From Octopus vulgaris (lineage: Eukaryota), in NCBI GenBank assembly GCA_951406725.2, contig OX597824.1, positions 20,646,001-20,710,000 on the forward strand: DNA of 64,000 nucleotides, in the 5' to 3' direction. The translations under genes were made by a program, and so were the position numbers. The notes beneath the pieces were generated by a model, which did not search any database, was not told the DNA's origin, and saw only the letters and a list, made by a program, of their open reading frames with translations. How positions within the stretch are numbered: the first letter of the stretch is position 1; the number at the start of each line of letters is the position of its first letter. This document shows positions 51,393-64,000 of this stretch, piece after piece.

Positions 51393-52212
51393 CAAAGTGA
51401 TTGAACAGTAACTCCCTATTTTAAAATACTTATAAATTATTTAACTACCGTAAATAGTCCACCCTTGAGTATAATACGCTGGGGATTTTTAGGGGGCTGT
51501 ACCTCTGAAAAACCTAAACCTTGTGTATAACACGCACTCCTCTAACTTGAGTCAAGGAGGTCTATATAACATCCTTGGTTTGTAAAAATGTATACGGTAA
51601 CGTCCTTTATTATTATTGCATATATAACATAATGCAAACGTGTAGCTTTTTTGTGCATTTTGTTAGCAGAAAATAAAGAAATAACAGTAATAACGTTTAA
51701 TAAATGTTGCTTATTACAAGTTATGGATGATTCTTTTATGACTTCATTGCTTTCAGGCTTAGCTTAAGGTATTTTCGCGCTCGACATCACAAAATGCGTC
51801 TGAATAAACATTGCCGGACAGCAAACAGAGACTTGGACATTGCTTAGAAAATAATTTTCATTTTCAACCTCGTATATAGTACGCACTAGGGATTTTGACT
51901 TTTAAATTTTGGGGGGAGGGGGGAAATGCGGATTATACTCGAGGATTTACGGTAATTTTTTTCTCAAATTTTTTTGAAGTATAAGAATATGAGAAGTTAT
52001 GTCTTCTTGCATCTCACAAGACTTCCTGGTGAAATCAGTTGATGCAATTCCTGGGTAACTCAAGAAGCTGGTGGCGACACCTTGGAGCCTATATCGAATT
52101 TTAGATAAAACGTCATACTAAAGGCTTTCCTCTCGTATCCATTTTTTTGTAAGAATTACAATTAATAATTAATTTGTATTTTAAAATAGGGAGTTACTTT
52201 TCAATCACCCTG
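51393..52212. mobile_element. Tc1/mariner-type MITE (outer)
   Basis: TA|caaagtgattgaacagtaactccctattttaaaatac ... gtattttaaaatagggagttacttttcaatcaccctg|TA. Confidence 0.75.
51448..51952. mobile_element. Tc2/pogo-type MITE nested in the outer MITE
   Basis: TA|ccgtaaat...gagtataatacgc ... gcggattatactcgaggatttacgg|TA. Confidence 0.7.
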
Positions 52213-52588
52213 TATATACACATACATACATACTGTATATACACATACATACATACATACTGTATATACAGTATGTATATACACATACATACATACATAC
52301 ATACTGTATATACACATACATACATACTGTATATACACATACATACATACTGTATATACACATACATACATACATACATACATACACACGCATTTATATA
52401 CATTTTTATGCATATCTATTTTTCCCAATTGAGTAAACTGGACTAATGTGAAATAAAGTGCCTTGCTTAAGAGTATAACACGCCCCCGGGAATCGAAACC
52501 ACGCCTTCACGATCGTGAACCAAATATGCTAACCAGTAGGTCACGCGCTTTCACATATCTACAAATATACGTATGTATCTCCTTACCC

Positions 52589-52649
<61 letters not shown>

Positions 52650-52804
52650 ATCATCCTTTAACGTCCGTTTTTCAAGCTGGCATTTGTAGAACTGTTCGAC
52701 CAGAGTTCGCAAGTTGGAGAGCTGCACTAGGTTCCAATCTGTGTATTAGGTGTTCTTAACGTGACACTGGAATATATACACACACACACACACATATATA
52801 TATA

Positions 52805-53001
52805 TACTCTTTTACTTGTTTCAGTCATTTGACTGCGGCCATGCTGGAGCACCGCCTTTAGTCGGGCAAATCGACCCTGGGACTTATTCTTTGTAAGCTC
52901 AGTACTTATTCTATCGGTCTCTTTTGCCAAACCGCTAGTTGACTTAACCACACCAGCATCGGTTGTCAAGCAATGCTAGGGGGATAAACACAGACGCACA
53001 A

Positions 53002-53032
<31 letters not shown>

Positions 53033-53205
53033 CATATATACGACGGGCTTCTTTCAGTTTCCGTCTACCAAATCCACTCACAAGGCTTTGGTCGGCCCGA
53101 GACTATAGTAGAAGACACTTGCCCAAGATGCCACGCAGTGGGACTGAACCCAGAACCATGTGGTTAGTAAGCAAGCTACTTACCACACACCCACTCCTGC
53201 GCCTA
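52805..53205 (-). mobile_element. SINE family A
   Basis: Full copy. Confidence 0.9.
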
Positions 53206-53340
53206 TCTGCAGTTCCTTTGGACGATAACTGAAGTGGATTTATCGACATTATCTGTTTGTTCCGTTTGTACTTCTGTATACTGTTATGAACATATTGTTT
53301 AATGTAACGGGACGCACCTTCTTATTTCGTTAACATTCTG

Positions 53341-53383
<43 letters not shown>

Positions 53384-53560
53384 CATATATACTCGCGGTA
53401 TAGTATATATATATATATATACCGAGCGGTTCGGCAAAAGAGACCGAAAGCCTAAGTACTGGGCTTACAAAGAATAAGTCACGGGGTCGATTTGCTCGAC
53501 TAAAGGCGGTCTTCCAGCATGGCTGCAGTCAAATGACTGAAACAAGTAAAAGAGTAAAGA

Positions 53561-53653
<93 letters not shown>

Positions 53654-54802
53654 CATACGCATACAAACACGCACACACATTTTCCGCTATGTGATCGCTC
53701 CTCGACTTGTTAGAAATAGCAGCCATATCGCACAAACCACACTACCTTCTTTAAAATGAAATGTCGCACATTGAAACAATTGGAGAGTGGGGGGGGGGGG
53801 GGGTCAGAAAGAAAAGCACGTAGTTTGCACGGCGCTGGTCATATAGGTCTTTGATGATCATAGACCTGTGACGACCGACCGATGCAACAATAACAACTGC
53901 AGCTGTCCTGGCTGTCAAGTTATCTATCCTCGAGGTCGTGATGAAGAGAAAACCTGACGAGGCCACCCATTGAATCCTATTTACTTCCAGATGGAAACTT
54001 TCTCACTTAAACATCAGTTACCGTTGTTCCTTAATTTACTGGCATTTTCTCCAGTTGTAAGGTCGCCAAGGAGGCTTTTGGAGACATTCCCCCCACTGCA
54101 ACTGTCATAATCCAGCCAGCCAACCAGCCAACTCCATTTTGTGATTTAACAACGACGTAAGGGGCCTAGTTTCCATGGTGTTAGATCAGAGGTCAGTAAC
54201 ATGTGGACCGCGATCACTGTAGTGTTAGCAACGCCGGACAAAGTGTTTAGCGGCATTTACGGTCTGATTTCAAATTCCTCCGAGATCCACTTTGCTTTTC
54301 CTCCTTTCGAGATCGATGAAATAAGTACTAGCTGAGCACTGGGGTTGATGTAATCGACTTACACGCTCCACCAAAATTTCATAGCCTGTGTATAGGGCTT
54401 TCCGATAAGTAGATTATCTCCCTTGGCGAGGCGGCGCTCTATGCAGACAAGGAAATACTGGTTCAATATCTAGTATTTTGGGGAAAATAATTTCCTTAAA
54501 ATAATAGGCATATATATATATATATATAAAAACATAGTTTATATTCATATAAAAGAAGCAAAAATAAAATGGAGAATATATATATACATATATATAAAGG
54601 AATACAAAAAAAACGCAAAACATCCAGACAGATGATACAAAAAAGGGGACAAGAAAAGACAAAGACGAGTCATTCGGAGTTTTCTTTCCTCAGTTGAGTT
54701 CCAGATTATCTTTGCAATTTCGGCTGGTTATACTCGAGATTGCTCCAATCTGGCCGGCGTACGTACATTTTGGTCTCATATATATAATATATATATATAT
54801 AT

Positions 54803-55038
54803 ATGCTGAGCGGTATTTCGTCTGCCGTTACGTCCTGAGTTCAAAGGGGCTAAACAAGGACAAAGGGATTAAGTCGATTACATCGACCCCAGTGCGTAAC
54901 TGGTACTTTATTTATCGACCCCGAAAGGATGAAAGGGCAAAGTCGACCTCGGCGGAATTTGAACTCAGAACGTAACGGCAGACGAAATACCGCTCAGCAT
55001 TTCGCCCGACATGCTAACGATTCTGCAAGCTCACCGCC
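54803..55038 (-). mobile_element. SINE family B with inverted terminal segment
   Basis: 54803-54845 is the reverse complement of ~54958-55000. Confidence 0.8.
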
Positions 55039-56370
55039 TCTGGAAAACTAGAGATGTTATACCATCTTATTGGTGATATGGAAATGGGATTAGCTTAGTT
55101 TATTGAAAATGGGTAAGATCTCAAGCCAACAAAGACTATGAAAAAGTGTTTCGTTTTCATTTAAGTTCAATTAACTTTATTTGTGTCGCCAATGCATTTG
55201 ATAAAGAGCATAACTTCATCCTAGTAACCTTTATACAAATGCCAAAGCAAGAGATGTATTGTAACAAGTGAGAGCGTGCTTCATTTGGAGTAGGAAGCGG
55301 CCTGTGGCTTGGGCTTCTGGAAACAGCACCAATTCGCAGCAGAAAACTGCATCAGGAGCGCTGCGGATTTTGAGGAGTGTTGTGATAGTTGAATCCCATC
55401 TGCTGTAGGTATGACTTGGAGATGGATGAGATCCACCAAATAGAATTTTCCTCTTAGAGCTTCTCAGTTTGTTCAACTTGCAACACAACACCCCAAAAGG
55501 TTGCCCATCATCGTTTTCTTTTTTTTTCTTTTCTTTTGATATTTTTCTTGAAGAATATTGAAGGAGTGTTTGAGTAAGTACGAGCAGAAAATGACATCGG
55601 GAAAATGGAAACTAAACGGATGTAGGAGCGGGTAACAATAAAAAGGAAAGAGGACGAAGAAAAGAGTGTGTGACTGTAAGGGAAAGTGAGAGGGTGAGAG
55701 AGAGTAATTGGAGACTGAGAAAGATAGATTAGTATGACGACAGTGAGAACGTGTTTTGATACAATCGGGGAAGAAAAGAAGGAAGGAAGAAAGTGTGTGA
55801 TTGTGGAAGAGAGATTTGATCATATTTGGTGACAGCATAAGAGACATGTTGAGGCAAAAAAAAAAACTCCAGCATTTTATAGCTTGACAAACGCTTCAAC
55901 AGCAAATGTATAGCGTACATCTGTCCAAACCATGATTATCACTGAAAGAAAAAGAGAAAAAAAAAAAAACAAATGATAAAACGTTAGCTGCATGAGGATA
56001 CCATTATCACCTGTCTGATTTCACTAGCTTTGCAGCCATTGCCGTGTAAAAAAAAAAAGGGAGATTTATCCGCCGCACCTTGTACATATAGTAAAGCGAA
56101 GTAGAGAGACAGAGAGAGGAAATATTAGTTACTGACTATTGAAGAAGATACAGTAAGAGAGAAGGGTAAATGAAATTAAGAAAACATAGTGAAAAAGAGT
56201 AAGGATATATTGTTACAGACGACTTAGGAATAAACTCTGTGTGTGTGTGTGTGCGAGTAAGAGACAGAAACAGGATGTATGCCCACAGATTATTCAGAAA
56301 GATACAGTAATATACTTAATGTTAAAAAACCGCGGCCATATGACGAAGAACACGATATTTCTGTGTATAT

Positions 56371-56605
56371 GAAGGCGGCGAGCTGGCAGAAACGTTAGCA
56401 CGCCGGGCGAAGCGCTTAGCAGTATTTCGTCTGCCGTTACGTTCTGAGTTCAAATTCCGCCGAGGTCGACTTTGCCTTTCATCCTTTCGGGGTCGATAAA
56501 TTAAGTACCAGTCACGCACTGCGGTCGATATATAATCGACTTAATCGGTTTGTCTGTCCTTGTTTGTCTCCTCTGTGTTTAGCCCCTTGTGGGTAGTAAA
56601 GAAAT
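56371..56605 (+). mobile_element. SINE family B
   Basis: TSD atatt(t/c)ctgtgtatat. Confidence 0.9.
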
Positions 56606-56724
56606 ATATATTCCTGTGTATATCTCTAAAATTTGCATAATTCATTCCATATTCAGATGAAACCTGTCGTTTCCGACGGATATTATATTAGTTTTAAATA
56701 ATCGGTCGCTATATTTACAATGGC

Positions 56725-57025
56725 GGAGGCACATGGCCAAGTGGTTAGAACAGAGGACCCGCGGTCGAGGGATCGCGGGTTCGAATCTCAGACCGGGCGA
56801 TGTGTGTGTTTATGAGCGAAACACCTAAGCTCCACGCGGCTCCAGCAGAAGGTAATGGCGAACGTCTGCTGACTCTTTCGCCACAACTTTCTCTCACTCT
56901 TTCCTCCTGCATCTTGCAGCTCACCTGCGACGGACCGGCGTCCCGTCCAGGTGGGGAACCTATGCGCCAAGGAAAGCGGGGAACCGGCCCTTATGAGCCA
57001 GGCATAGCTTGAGAAGGAACAAACA
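56725..57025 (+). mobile_element. SINE family C-related (third tail type)
   Basis: C-like head and body, then cggaccggcgtcccgtccaggtgggg...ccggcccttatgagcc also seen at 31925-31995. Confidence 0.8.
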
Positions 57026-57356
57026 AACATGTTTACAATGAACATGTATGCAACATAAAGACGATCTGTTGGAAATCAATATTAGTGAAGTTTAACCGTT
57101 TACAGAAAAAAATCTTCCATCGGTGCTTCTTTAGCGTACCGCAACATCGGTGGTCTATGCTGTGAAACGACCCGATCTGGATTAGGGTTTAAGGTTAGGA
57201 TTGGGTTTGGATTTAAGATTAGGGATAGGGTCAGACTATACGCTAAAGTGTAAATGGCCTGGTAGTCCGCACGCTAAAGTGGCACCTTTTTATCTTTTAC
57301 CTGTTTCAGTCATTGGACTGTGGCCATGCTGGGGCACAGACTTGAAGGGTTTAGTC

Positions 57357-57586
57357 CAGTGGTTCTCAACGGGGGTCATTTGACCCTTGAAGGTCCATAT
57401 AAGATATTGCTGTTAAGGTCTATGTACAATAAATTGGATATACTTCTACAATAGACAAAGTATTTTCACAATTCTTTAATACAATTCTTAATATTTAATT
57501 ATGAAAATAATGTAGAATTTTTTAATGGTTATGAGTAGAATAGGAATCAAAGGGGTCCATAGGCAAGAAATATTTGAGAACCTCTG
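57357..57586. mobile_element. hAT-type MITE inserted in a family A SINE remnant
   Basis: TIR cagtggttctcaa / ttgagaacctctg; 8-bp TSD gtttag(t/c)c. Confidence 0.8.
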
Positions 57587-57797
57587 GTTTAGCCGAACAA
57601 ATCAGCCCTAGTACTAAAATACCTAAAATAATAATAAAAATCTTTGATAGCCTGTCGGCTCTTTTTGGGACGTAAACAAACAAACACTTGTCGTCAACTA
57701 GTGGTAGTAGAGAGACAAAGACACACACACACACACATACATTCAACGCAATAATAGAACAGAAAATTTCCAAAAAGTGCTCAGAAAAGTTTGTGTT

Positions 57798-58208
57798 GGA
57801 TCTTTTCGGTTTGAACGGCAGTTTTTTTCTAGCGGTGTCATATGAAATTGTCACCGATAATTATGACCCTAGTATCGATCTATTGCATTTCAATCTGTTT
57901 TAGGGTTAGGGGTGGGGGAAGGGTATCTTTTTTTCTTCACAAATGTAAATAAACTCAATCTGTTTCTTAAACGAGGGACATATTTATACGGCACAGAATG
58001 TTTTTTTTACCTCAATAGACGTAATTGATTGGTTGAAATTGCAGAAACTGAAGAAAAAACAACAAATATGTTACAAACCATAGAATTTTCTCAATAACGC
58101 CAAGAGAAAAAGATGTTTTATAAACACATTCTACCAGTATACGAAGTTTAAAATTTTTTAGTTACCTAGAAATTATGTTAAAAACTGCCGTTCAAACCGA
58201 AAAGATCC
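57798..58208. mobile_element. Merlin-like MITE M1
   Basis: Perfect ~29-bp TIR starting GG; perfect 8-bp TSD tttgtgtt. Confidence 0.9.
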
Positions 58209-58944
58209 TTTGTGTTTTTTTAAATCTTAGACGTTGCTGTTGAATATAAAACGAAAATACAAGAATCAAAAGTGATGTGTAAGCAGTTTTTACGTGGCCA
58301 CCGGCATGGCGAAGTGAAAAGTGTCATTAACGAGTCGAGCCTTTCCCCAAGTGAAGCAGTCACTTAAGCGAAACTGGGTCATATTGGTACAAATTAGTGA
58401 TAATCGTACGTTAAAGAACAAACAACTTTGTGTCTTCCCAAAGACTCTGAACGCGGACACCTGGAAAACCCAACCCTAATGGCAGACCAGCTGTTGAGAA
58501 CCGCTGCCCCAGATACTCTACAGGAAGAATTAATTTTGCAGTGGGGCCCCTTCCCGACCCAACCCCAACAGGACAGGATCCTGTTTAAGTCGTTTCTGTC
58601 ATTTTTCAGTAATCTAACACCTTACCACGTGACTCCTTAATTCCTAATAGTTTCGTCTCTTTGATGTCTGTTTTTGGGAAGAGGAACCAATTTCAAACGG
58701 GAGTTGATGATATGTCATACTTTGGGTTTTCAGATTTCTGGAATTCTGACCTAGTTATCGGTGTCTCTATGAGTTACTCGATTTCATCGAGTATGGGGCG
58801 TTGGGGATAGCGTATACGCGCTTCGCCACTCACTTTCGATGCGGAACTAGAAGCTACACTACCCGTGGCCCTGAATAAATCACGAACGTCAAAACGACGT
58901 GTTTCTCTCCCCTGGAAATACGAGTTACTACTTTTATTACTCGT

Positions 58945-59552
58945 GGCATTCCGTCGGTTGCGACGACGAGGGTTCCAGTTGATCCGATCAACGGAACAGC
59001 CCGCTCGTGAAATTAACGTGCAAGTGGCTGAACACTCCACAGACGCGTGTACCCTTAACGGGATCTTTTCGGTTTGAACGGCAGTTTTTAACATAATTTC
59101 TAGGTAGCTAAAAAATTTTAAACTTCGTATATTGGTAGAATGTGTTTATAAAACATCTTTTTCTCTTGGCTTTATTGAGAAAATTCTATAGTTTGTAAGA
59201 TATTTGTTGTTTTTTCTTCAATTTCTGCAATTTCAACCAATCAATTACGTCTATTGAGGTAAGTAACATTCTGTACCGTATGAATATGTCCCTCTTTTAA
59301 GAAAGAGATTGGGTTTATTTACATTTGTGAAGAAAAAAAATATACCCTTCCCCCCACCCCTAAATCTAAAACAGATTGAAATGTAATAGATCGATACTAG
59401 GGTCATAATTATGGGTGACAATTTCCTACCGCTATACAAAACTGCCGTTCAAACCGAAAAGATCCCCTTAACGTAATTCTCGGAGAGATTCAGCGTGACG
59501 CAGAGTGTGACAAGGAAGAAAGAGTGAGAGAAAGTTGTGGAGAAAGAGTACA
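58945..59552 (-). mobile_element. SINE family C 3' part, interrupted by MITE M1
   Basis: Family C similarity on both sides of the MITE. Confidence 0.75.
59061..59465. mobile_element. Merlin-like MITE M1 (opposite orientation)
   Basis: TIRs and 8-bp TSD ccttaacg. Confidence 0.9.
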
Positions 59553-60143
59553 GCTTATATAAATGTGTGTACAGCCGTTTGCATGGCCGAATGGTTACTG
59601 TGGTCGCTTTGTAATCGTGAGGTTCGTGTTCAAAAGAATACAGTCTGAGACACTTTGGCAAATATCGTCTACCCCAGCCTCGAGACTCATCCCTTCTGAA
59701 AGAAATTAGGCAGATGAAGAGTATGAAAGCCTTTCACTTCAGATGAAACTGTATCCCCCAAATTCAATGTACAGCCTTGGCACACTGTCTCACGCTGATT
59801 CCGCCTAACAGTTACGTTAAGGGTCCACAAGTCTGTGTGGAAACCTGACCACTTGGACGCCAATTCAGTGAATAGACAATGATGGACAACTTCGTTGTTT
59901 AGTTCCAGGCTAGTCCGATTCAGTAGCCCTATGACTCGCCACCAAACCCTTCAAGCCGTGACCATCACATCTTTTAGAATATCTAGGGCTACATTATGTA
60001 AAGTGTTCTCCCTTTTTGAGGCGGCAGGATCTGAGTGAGAATTAACTGGGGCAATAGCGATCGGGAAAACTTAGGAAAGCTATTCCAGCTACGATCATCC
60101 TGTCTTTCTTTTCTTACTTTTCTTTCGAGAATCTTGGAATATA

Positions 60144-60695
60144 TCTCTATACATATAAAGCTGAAGTTGTCCGTGTACGGCAGGTTTGGTAGCCTTTAAC
60201 TAACACTATCTCCTCCGAGTATCTGCGGCGCAAGTTGACCAAAATCGAGAGTATGATAGAAGAAGGCTTGCTCTTCCTTCCGTAGAAGATAAAATTCAAA
60301 TCGGACCATGTTAACACCAAAAATGATCTCTCTCTATATAAAGCTGAAGTTGTCTGTGTGTAGCAGGTTTGGTAGCCTTCAACTAACACTATCTCCTCCG
60401 AGACCCTGCGGCACAAGTTGACCAAAATTGAGAGTATGATAGAAGAAGGCTTGCTCTTCAAATCGGACCATGTTAACACCAAAAATTATTTACATCAAAA
60501 AGGTGCTTTTTTTTCTATGAAAATCCCTATTTTTTATGATTTTTTGACTGCTGTGTCACCATTTTTCGGTGTATTTCAATCAGAAAAACCTTTACAGAAT
60601 AATAACAAGCTACATAATGCAAAATTTTTACTTTTCAAAAATTCCAATTCTAATGGGTCGAAACAAACCCGAGCAACGCCGGGCGATACTGCTAG
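60144..60695 (+). mobile_element. Non-autonomous Helitron H2 with duplicated 5' segment
   Basis: 5' region present twice (60144-60323 and 60327-60485); one hairpin + CTAG|T end. Confidence 0.8.
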
Positions 60696-61201
60696 TTATT
60701 CATTCAATATATCCTTTTTTTTTCAGGGGTGGTAGGATAGCATTTGGTGATGGGTGGGAGCACTAGAGATTTGACTATCATTGGTGGTGTATATTTTGGC
60801 TGCTATTTCTAGGTGGTATCGGACGACCACATGATAGGCGCTCTCGTTATTGTATTAACCACAATGACGTGATAGAAAGAGACAAGCTACAAACCCTCTC
60901 TTTCTCTTCCTCCCTCTTTCACTCCACCCTCTCATACACTCATATGCTCTCCCTCCCCCTCTCTCTCATACACACGCGCGCGCACGCTCACATATATCAA
61001 ATTAGTCGAGGCTCACATTTTTCGTATCACAATAACCATTTGTCTGCACATTGTTTTGAAAAGGTCCTCTCAGAAATATGAGACAGGAATTGATTGAGAC
61101 ATAAAACTTAGTAATGTATGCTGCTAGCTTACTCGCATTTCACTCTTGGTTCAAACATATGAGTCAACGCACGCTATACGCATACATACATATATACATA
61201 T

Positions 61202-61580
61202 GGAGGCGCAATGGCCCAGTGGTTAGGGCAGCGGACTCGCGGTCGTAGGATCGTGGTTTCGATTCCCAGACCGGGCGTTGTGAGTGTTTATTGAGCGAAA
61301 ACACCTAAAAGCTCCACGAGACTCCGGCAGGGGATGGTGGTGATTCCTGCTGTACTCTTTCACCACAACTTTCTCTCACTCTTACTTCCTGTTTCTGTTG
61401 TACCTGTATTTCAAGGGCCGGCCTTGTCACTCTCTGTGTCACGCTGAATATCCCCGAGAACTACGTTAAGGGTACACGTGTCTGTGGAATGCTCAGCCAC
61501 TTACACGTTAATTTCACGAGCAGGTTGTTCCGTTGATCGGATCAACGGGAACCCTCATCGTAGTAACTGACGGAGTGCTT
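61202..61580 (+). mobile_element. SINE family C, full length
   Basis: A box tggcccagtgg, B box ggtttcgattccc; flanks share catacatatataca. Confidence 0.9.
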
Positions 61581-61659
61581 CCACACATACATATATACAA
61601 TATGTTTTTGTGTGAAGTTTAAAAAATATATACAATTTTAGACTGAAGCTGTAATTTTT

Positions 61660-61860
61660 TTTTTTTACTTGTTTCAGTCATTTGACTGCGGCCATGCTGG
61701 AGCACCGCCTTTAGTCGAACAAATCGACCGCGGAACTTATTCTTTCTAAGCTTAGTACTTATTCTATCGGTTCCTTTTGCCGAACCGCTAAGTTACGGGG
61801 ATGTAAACACACTAACATCGTTTGGCAAGCGATGGTAGGGTTGGGACAAATACACACACG

Positions 61861-61895
<35 letters not shown>

Positions 61896-62063
61896 CTGAC
61901 AGGCTTCATTCAGTTTCCGTCTACCAAATCCACTCACAAGGCTTTGGTCAGCCCGAGTCTATAGTAGAAGACACTTCCCCAAGGTGCCACACAGTAGGAC
62001 TGAACCCGGAACCATGTGGTTGAGAAAAGCAAACTTCTTACAACACAGCCACGTCTGCGCCTA
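61660..62063 (-). mobile_element. SINE family A
   Basis: Full copy. Confidence 0.85.
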
Positions 62064-62180
62064 TGTATAGAGGTATGTATATATACGTATGTGTGTATAT
62101 ATATGTACACACATTGTGTGTGTATGAATAAATAGGGAGGAGGGAGAGAAAAAGAAACAGAAACGAAATATATATATATA

Positions 62181-62591
62181 CTAGCAGTATCGCCCGGCGT
62201 TGCTCGGGTTTGTAAGGGAAATAACTATATAAGCATTTTTAGAGAGTTATAGCCAAAAAATAGCAAAAAAATACATTAAAAATGGGAAAAAAAATTATGG
62301 TAAATTTTTTTTAAATCGTTGACTCATCGTAGACATTTTTAGAGAGTTACTTCCCTTATATAATAGCGAAAAAATGCATTAAAATGGAAAAAAAATTATG
62401 GTAAATTTTTTTTTTAAATCGTAGATTCATCGTAGATTCATCGTAGACGCGCGCTAATACCCAGAAGGGCTCGATATGAATCACGACTATAAGATACCCG
62501 GTTTTGGTTAAACTGCACCGCAAAATGTGGGAGTAGTTAGGAATCTAAATCGTAGGAGACAGACACACAACTTGACTTTTATATATAAAGA
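62181..62591 (-). mobile_element. Non-autonomous Helitron H1 inserted in (TA)n
   Basis: CTAG/hairpin end, TC start. Confidence 0.85.
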
Positions 62592-62903
62592 TATATATAC
62601 ATGACCGCGCGCGCGCACGCACATTAAACAAGTGTGTGTCTTGAGAGATTTTTCGCTACGTGCAATACATTACGCGGACGATTAAACCATGTCAAAAAAG
62701 ATTCTTTTTCTTTTTGTAATTGCATGTATGGAACTCAAACAACGATAATCTCTAAGCAGGGACAGAGTGAATCATTGGATCTGAACATATGAATAAAGCA
62801 TACGACATACGTTGTGTCATTTTTTTCTGCAACTCGGATTTCGCCAATGTCGAGGAGTAACGACGAAGAGAAACTTCAGCTCTCATGTACGCTCTCTCTC
62901 TCT

Positions 62904-63050
62904 TGGTGGTTCTTAACCGGGGTCCATGTAAGATTTTGTGGTTAAAATATGTGTGCAATAGATTGGTGATACTTCTACAGTGCGCAAAATATTTTAAACG
63001 GAAATCAACGGGTTTCGTAGATAAAAAAGGAAAATGGTTAGGAACCACTG
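62904..63050. mobile_element. hAT-type MITE, shorter relative of 57357-57586
   Basis: gtggttcttaacc...ggttaggaaccactg and shared internal ggtccat.taagat...atacttctaca. Confidence 0.65.
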
Positions 63051-63104
63051 CTCTGTGTATTGAGGAGTTTGCGCTGCGCAGTTAGTTACAATAATGTGTT
63101 CCTT

Positions 63105-63828
63105 CAGGTGGCGAGCTAGCAGAAACGTTTGCACGCCGGACGAAATGCTTAGCGGTATTTCGTCTGCCGTTACGTTGTCAGTTCAAATTCCGCCGAGGTC
63201 GACTTTACCTTTCATCCTTTCGGGGTCGATAAATTAAGTACCAGTTACGCACTGGGGTCGATGTAATCGACTTAATACCTATATCTGTCCTTATTTGTCC
63301 CCTCTATGTTTAGCCCCTTGTGGGTAGTAAAGAAATAGGTATTTCTTCTGCCGCTACGTTCTGAGTCCAAATTCCGCCGGGTCGATTAAATAAGTACCAG
63401 TTACGCACTGGGGTCGATGTAATCGACTTAATACCTATATCTGTCCTTATTTGTCCCCTCTATGTTTAGCCCCTTGTGGGTAGTAAAGAAATAAGTATTT
63501 CTTCTGCCGCTACGTTCTGAGTTCAAATTCCGCCGGGTCGATTAAATAAGTACCAGTTACGCACTGGGGTCGAAATAATCGACTTAATCCGTTCGTCTGT
63601 CCTTGTTTGTCCTCTTTGTATTTAGCCCCTTGTGGGTAGTAAAGAAATAGGTATGGGTACCGGTATTTCGTCTGTCTTTAAGCTCTGAATTCAAATTCCG
63701 CTAAGGCCATCTTTGCCTTTCCTCCTTTCGGGGTCGATTAAATAAGTACCAGTTGCATACTGGGATCAATCTAATCGACTGGCACCCTCCCCCAAATTTT
63801 CGGACCTTGTGCCTAGAGTAGAAAGGAA
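63105..63828 (+). mobile_element. SINE family B tetramer
   Basis: One head and four units; flanks share tgtgttcctt. Confidence 0.85.
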
Positions 63829-64000
63829 TCTGTGTTCCTTAAAATGAAACATCAGCGACTGAACCATCATGAACTAATGATGGATCAGGACAAGGATATT
63901 AAAGATAGCATTAAGATGGGCAAGACCTTAGAAAGCTATAGAACATCAGGCATAGAACAGTTGAAGGGGATAATAACCTTTATGGGGGTAGCAAGGCTTA

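Noticed and set aside
55231-55491. GC-richer 86-aa ORF (also 58428-58640 and 25560-25950)
   Set aside because: No recognisable domain or convincing splice sites in the frames examined.

Overview
AT-rich, microsatellite-dense eukaryotic intergenic or intronic DNA. The repeat families look like those of a coleoid cephalopod (Octopus-like); this is recognition-based inference. No intact host protein-coding exon is recognisable, and nearly all ORF-track entries are microsatellite or SINE artefacts. The window is a mosaic of mobile elements: at least four tRNA-headed SINE families (called A-D here), non-autonomous Helitrons, Merlin-like, hAT-like and Tc1/mariner-like MITEs with visible target-site duplications (TSDs), a CR1-type LINE 3' fragment, a tandemly amplified R4/Dong-type RLE endonuclease segment, and two decayed Penelope-like (PLE) ORF relics. 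The most notable signal is a recurring set of short (TA)n-adjacent, often fold-back, elements carrying minimal type-I hammerhead ribozyme topology. Two have canonical cores (33505-33560 +, 5805-5862 -); several keep the helices but have non-canonical cores. Also notable are SINE-LINE shared 3' tails, modular tail swapping among SINEs, TSD-bounded SINE multimers, and a MITE flanked by a ~150-bp duplication. Coordinates were read by eye and may be off by a few bases.
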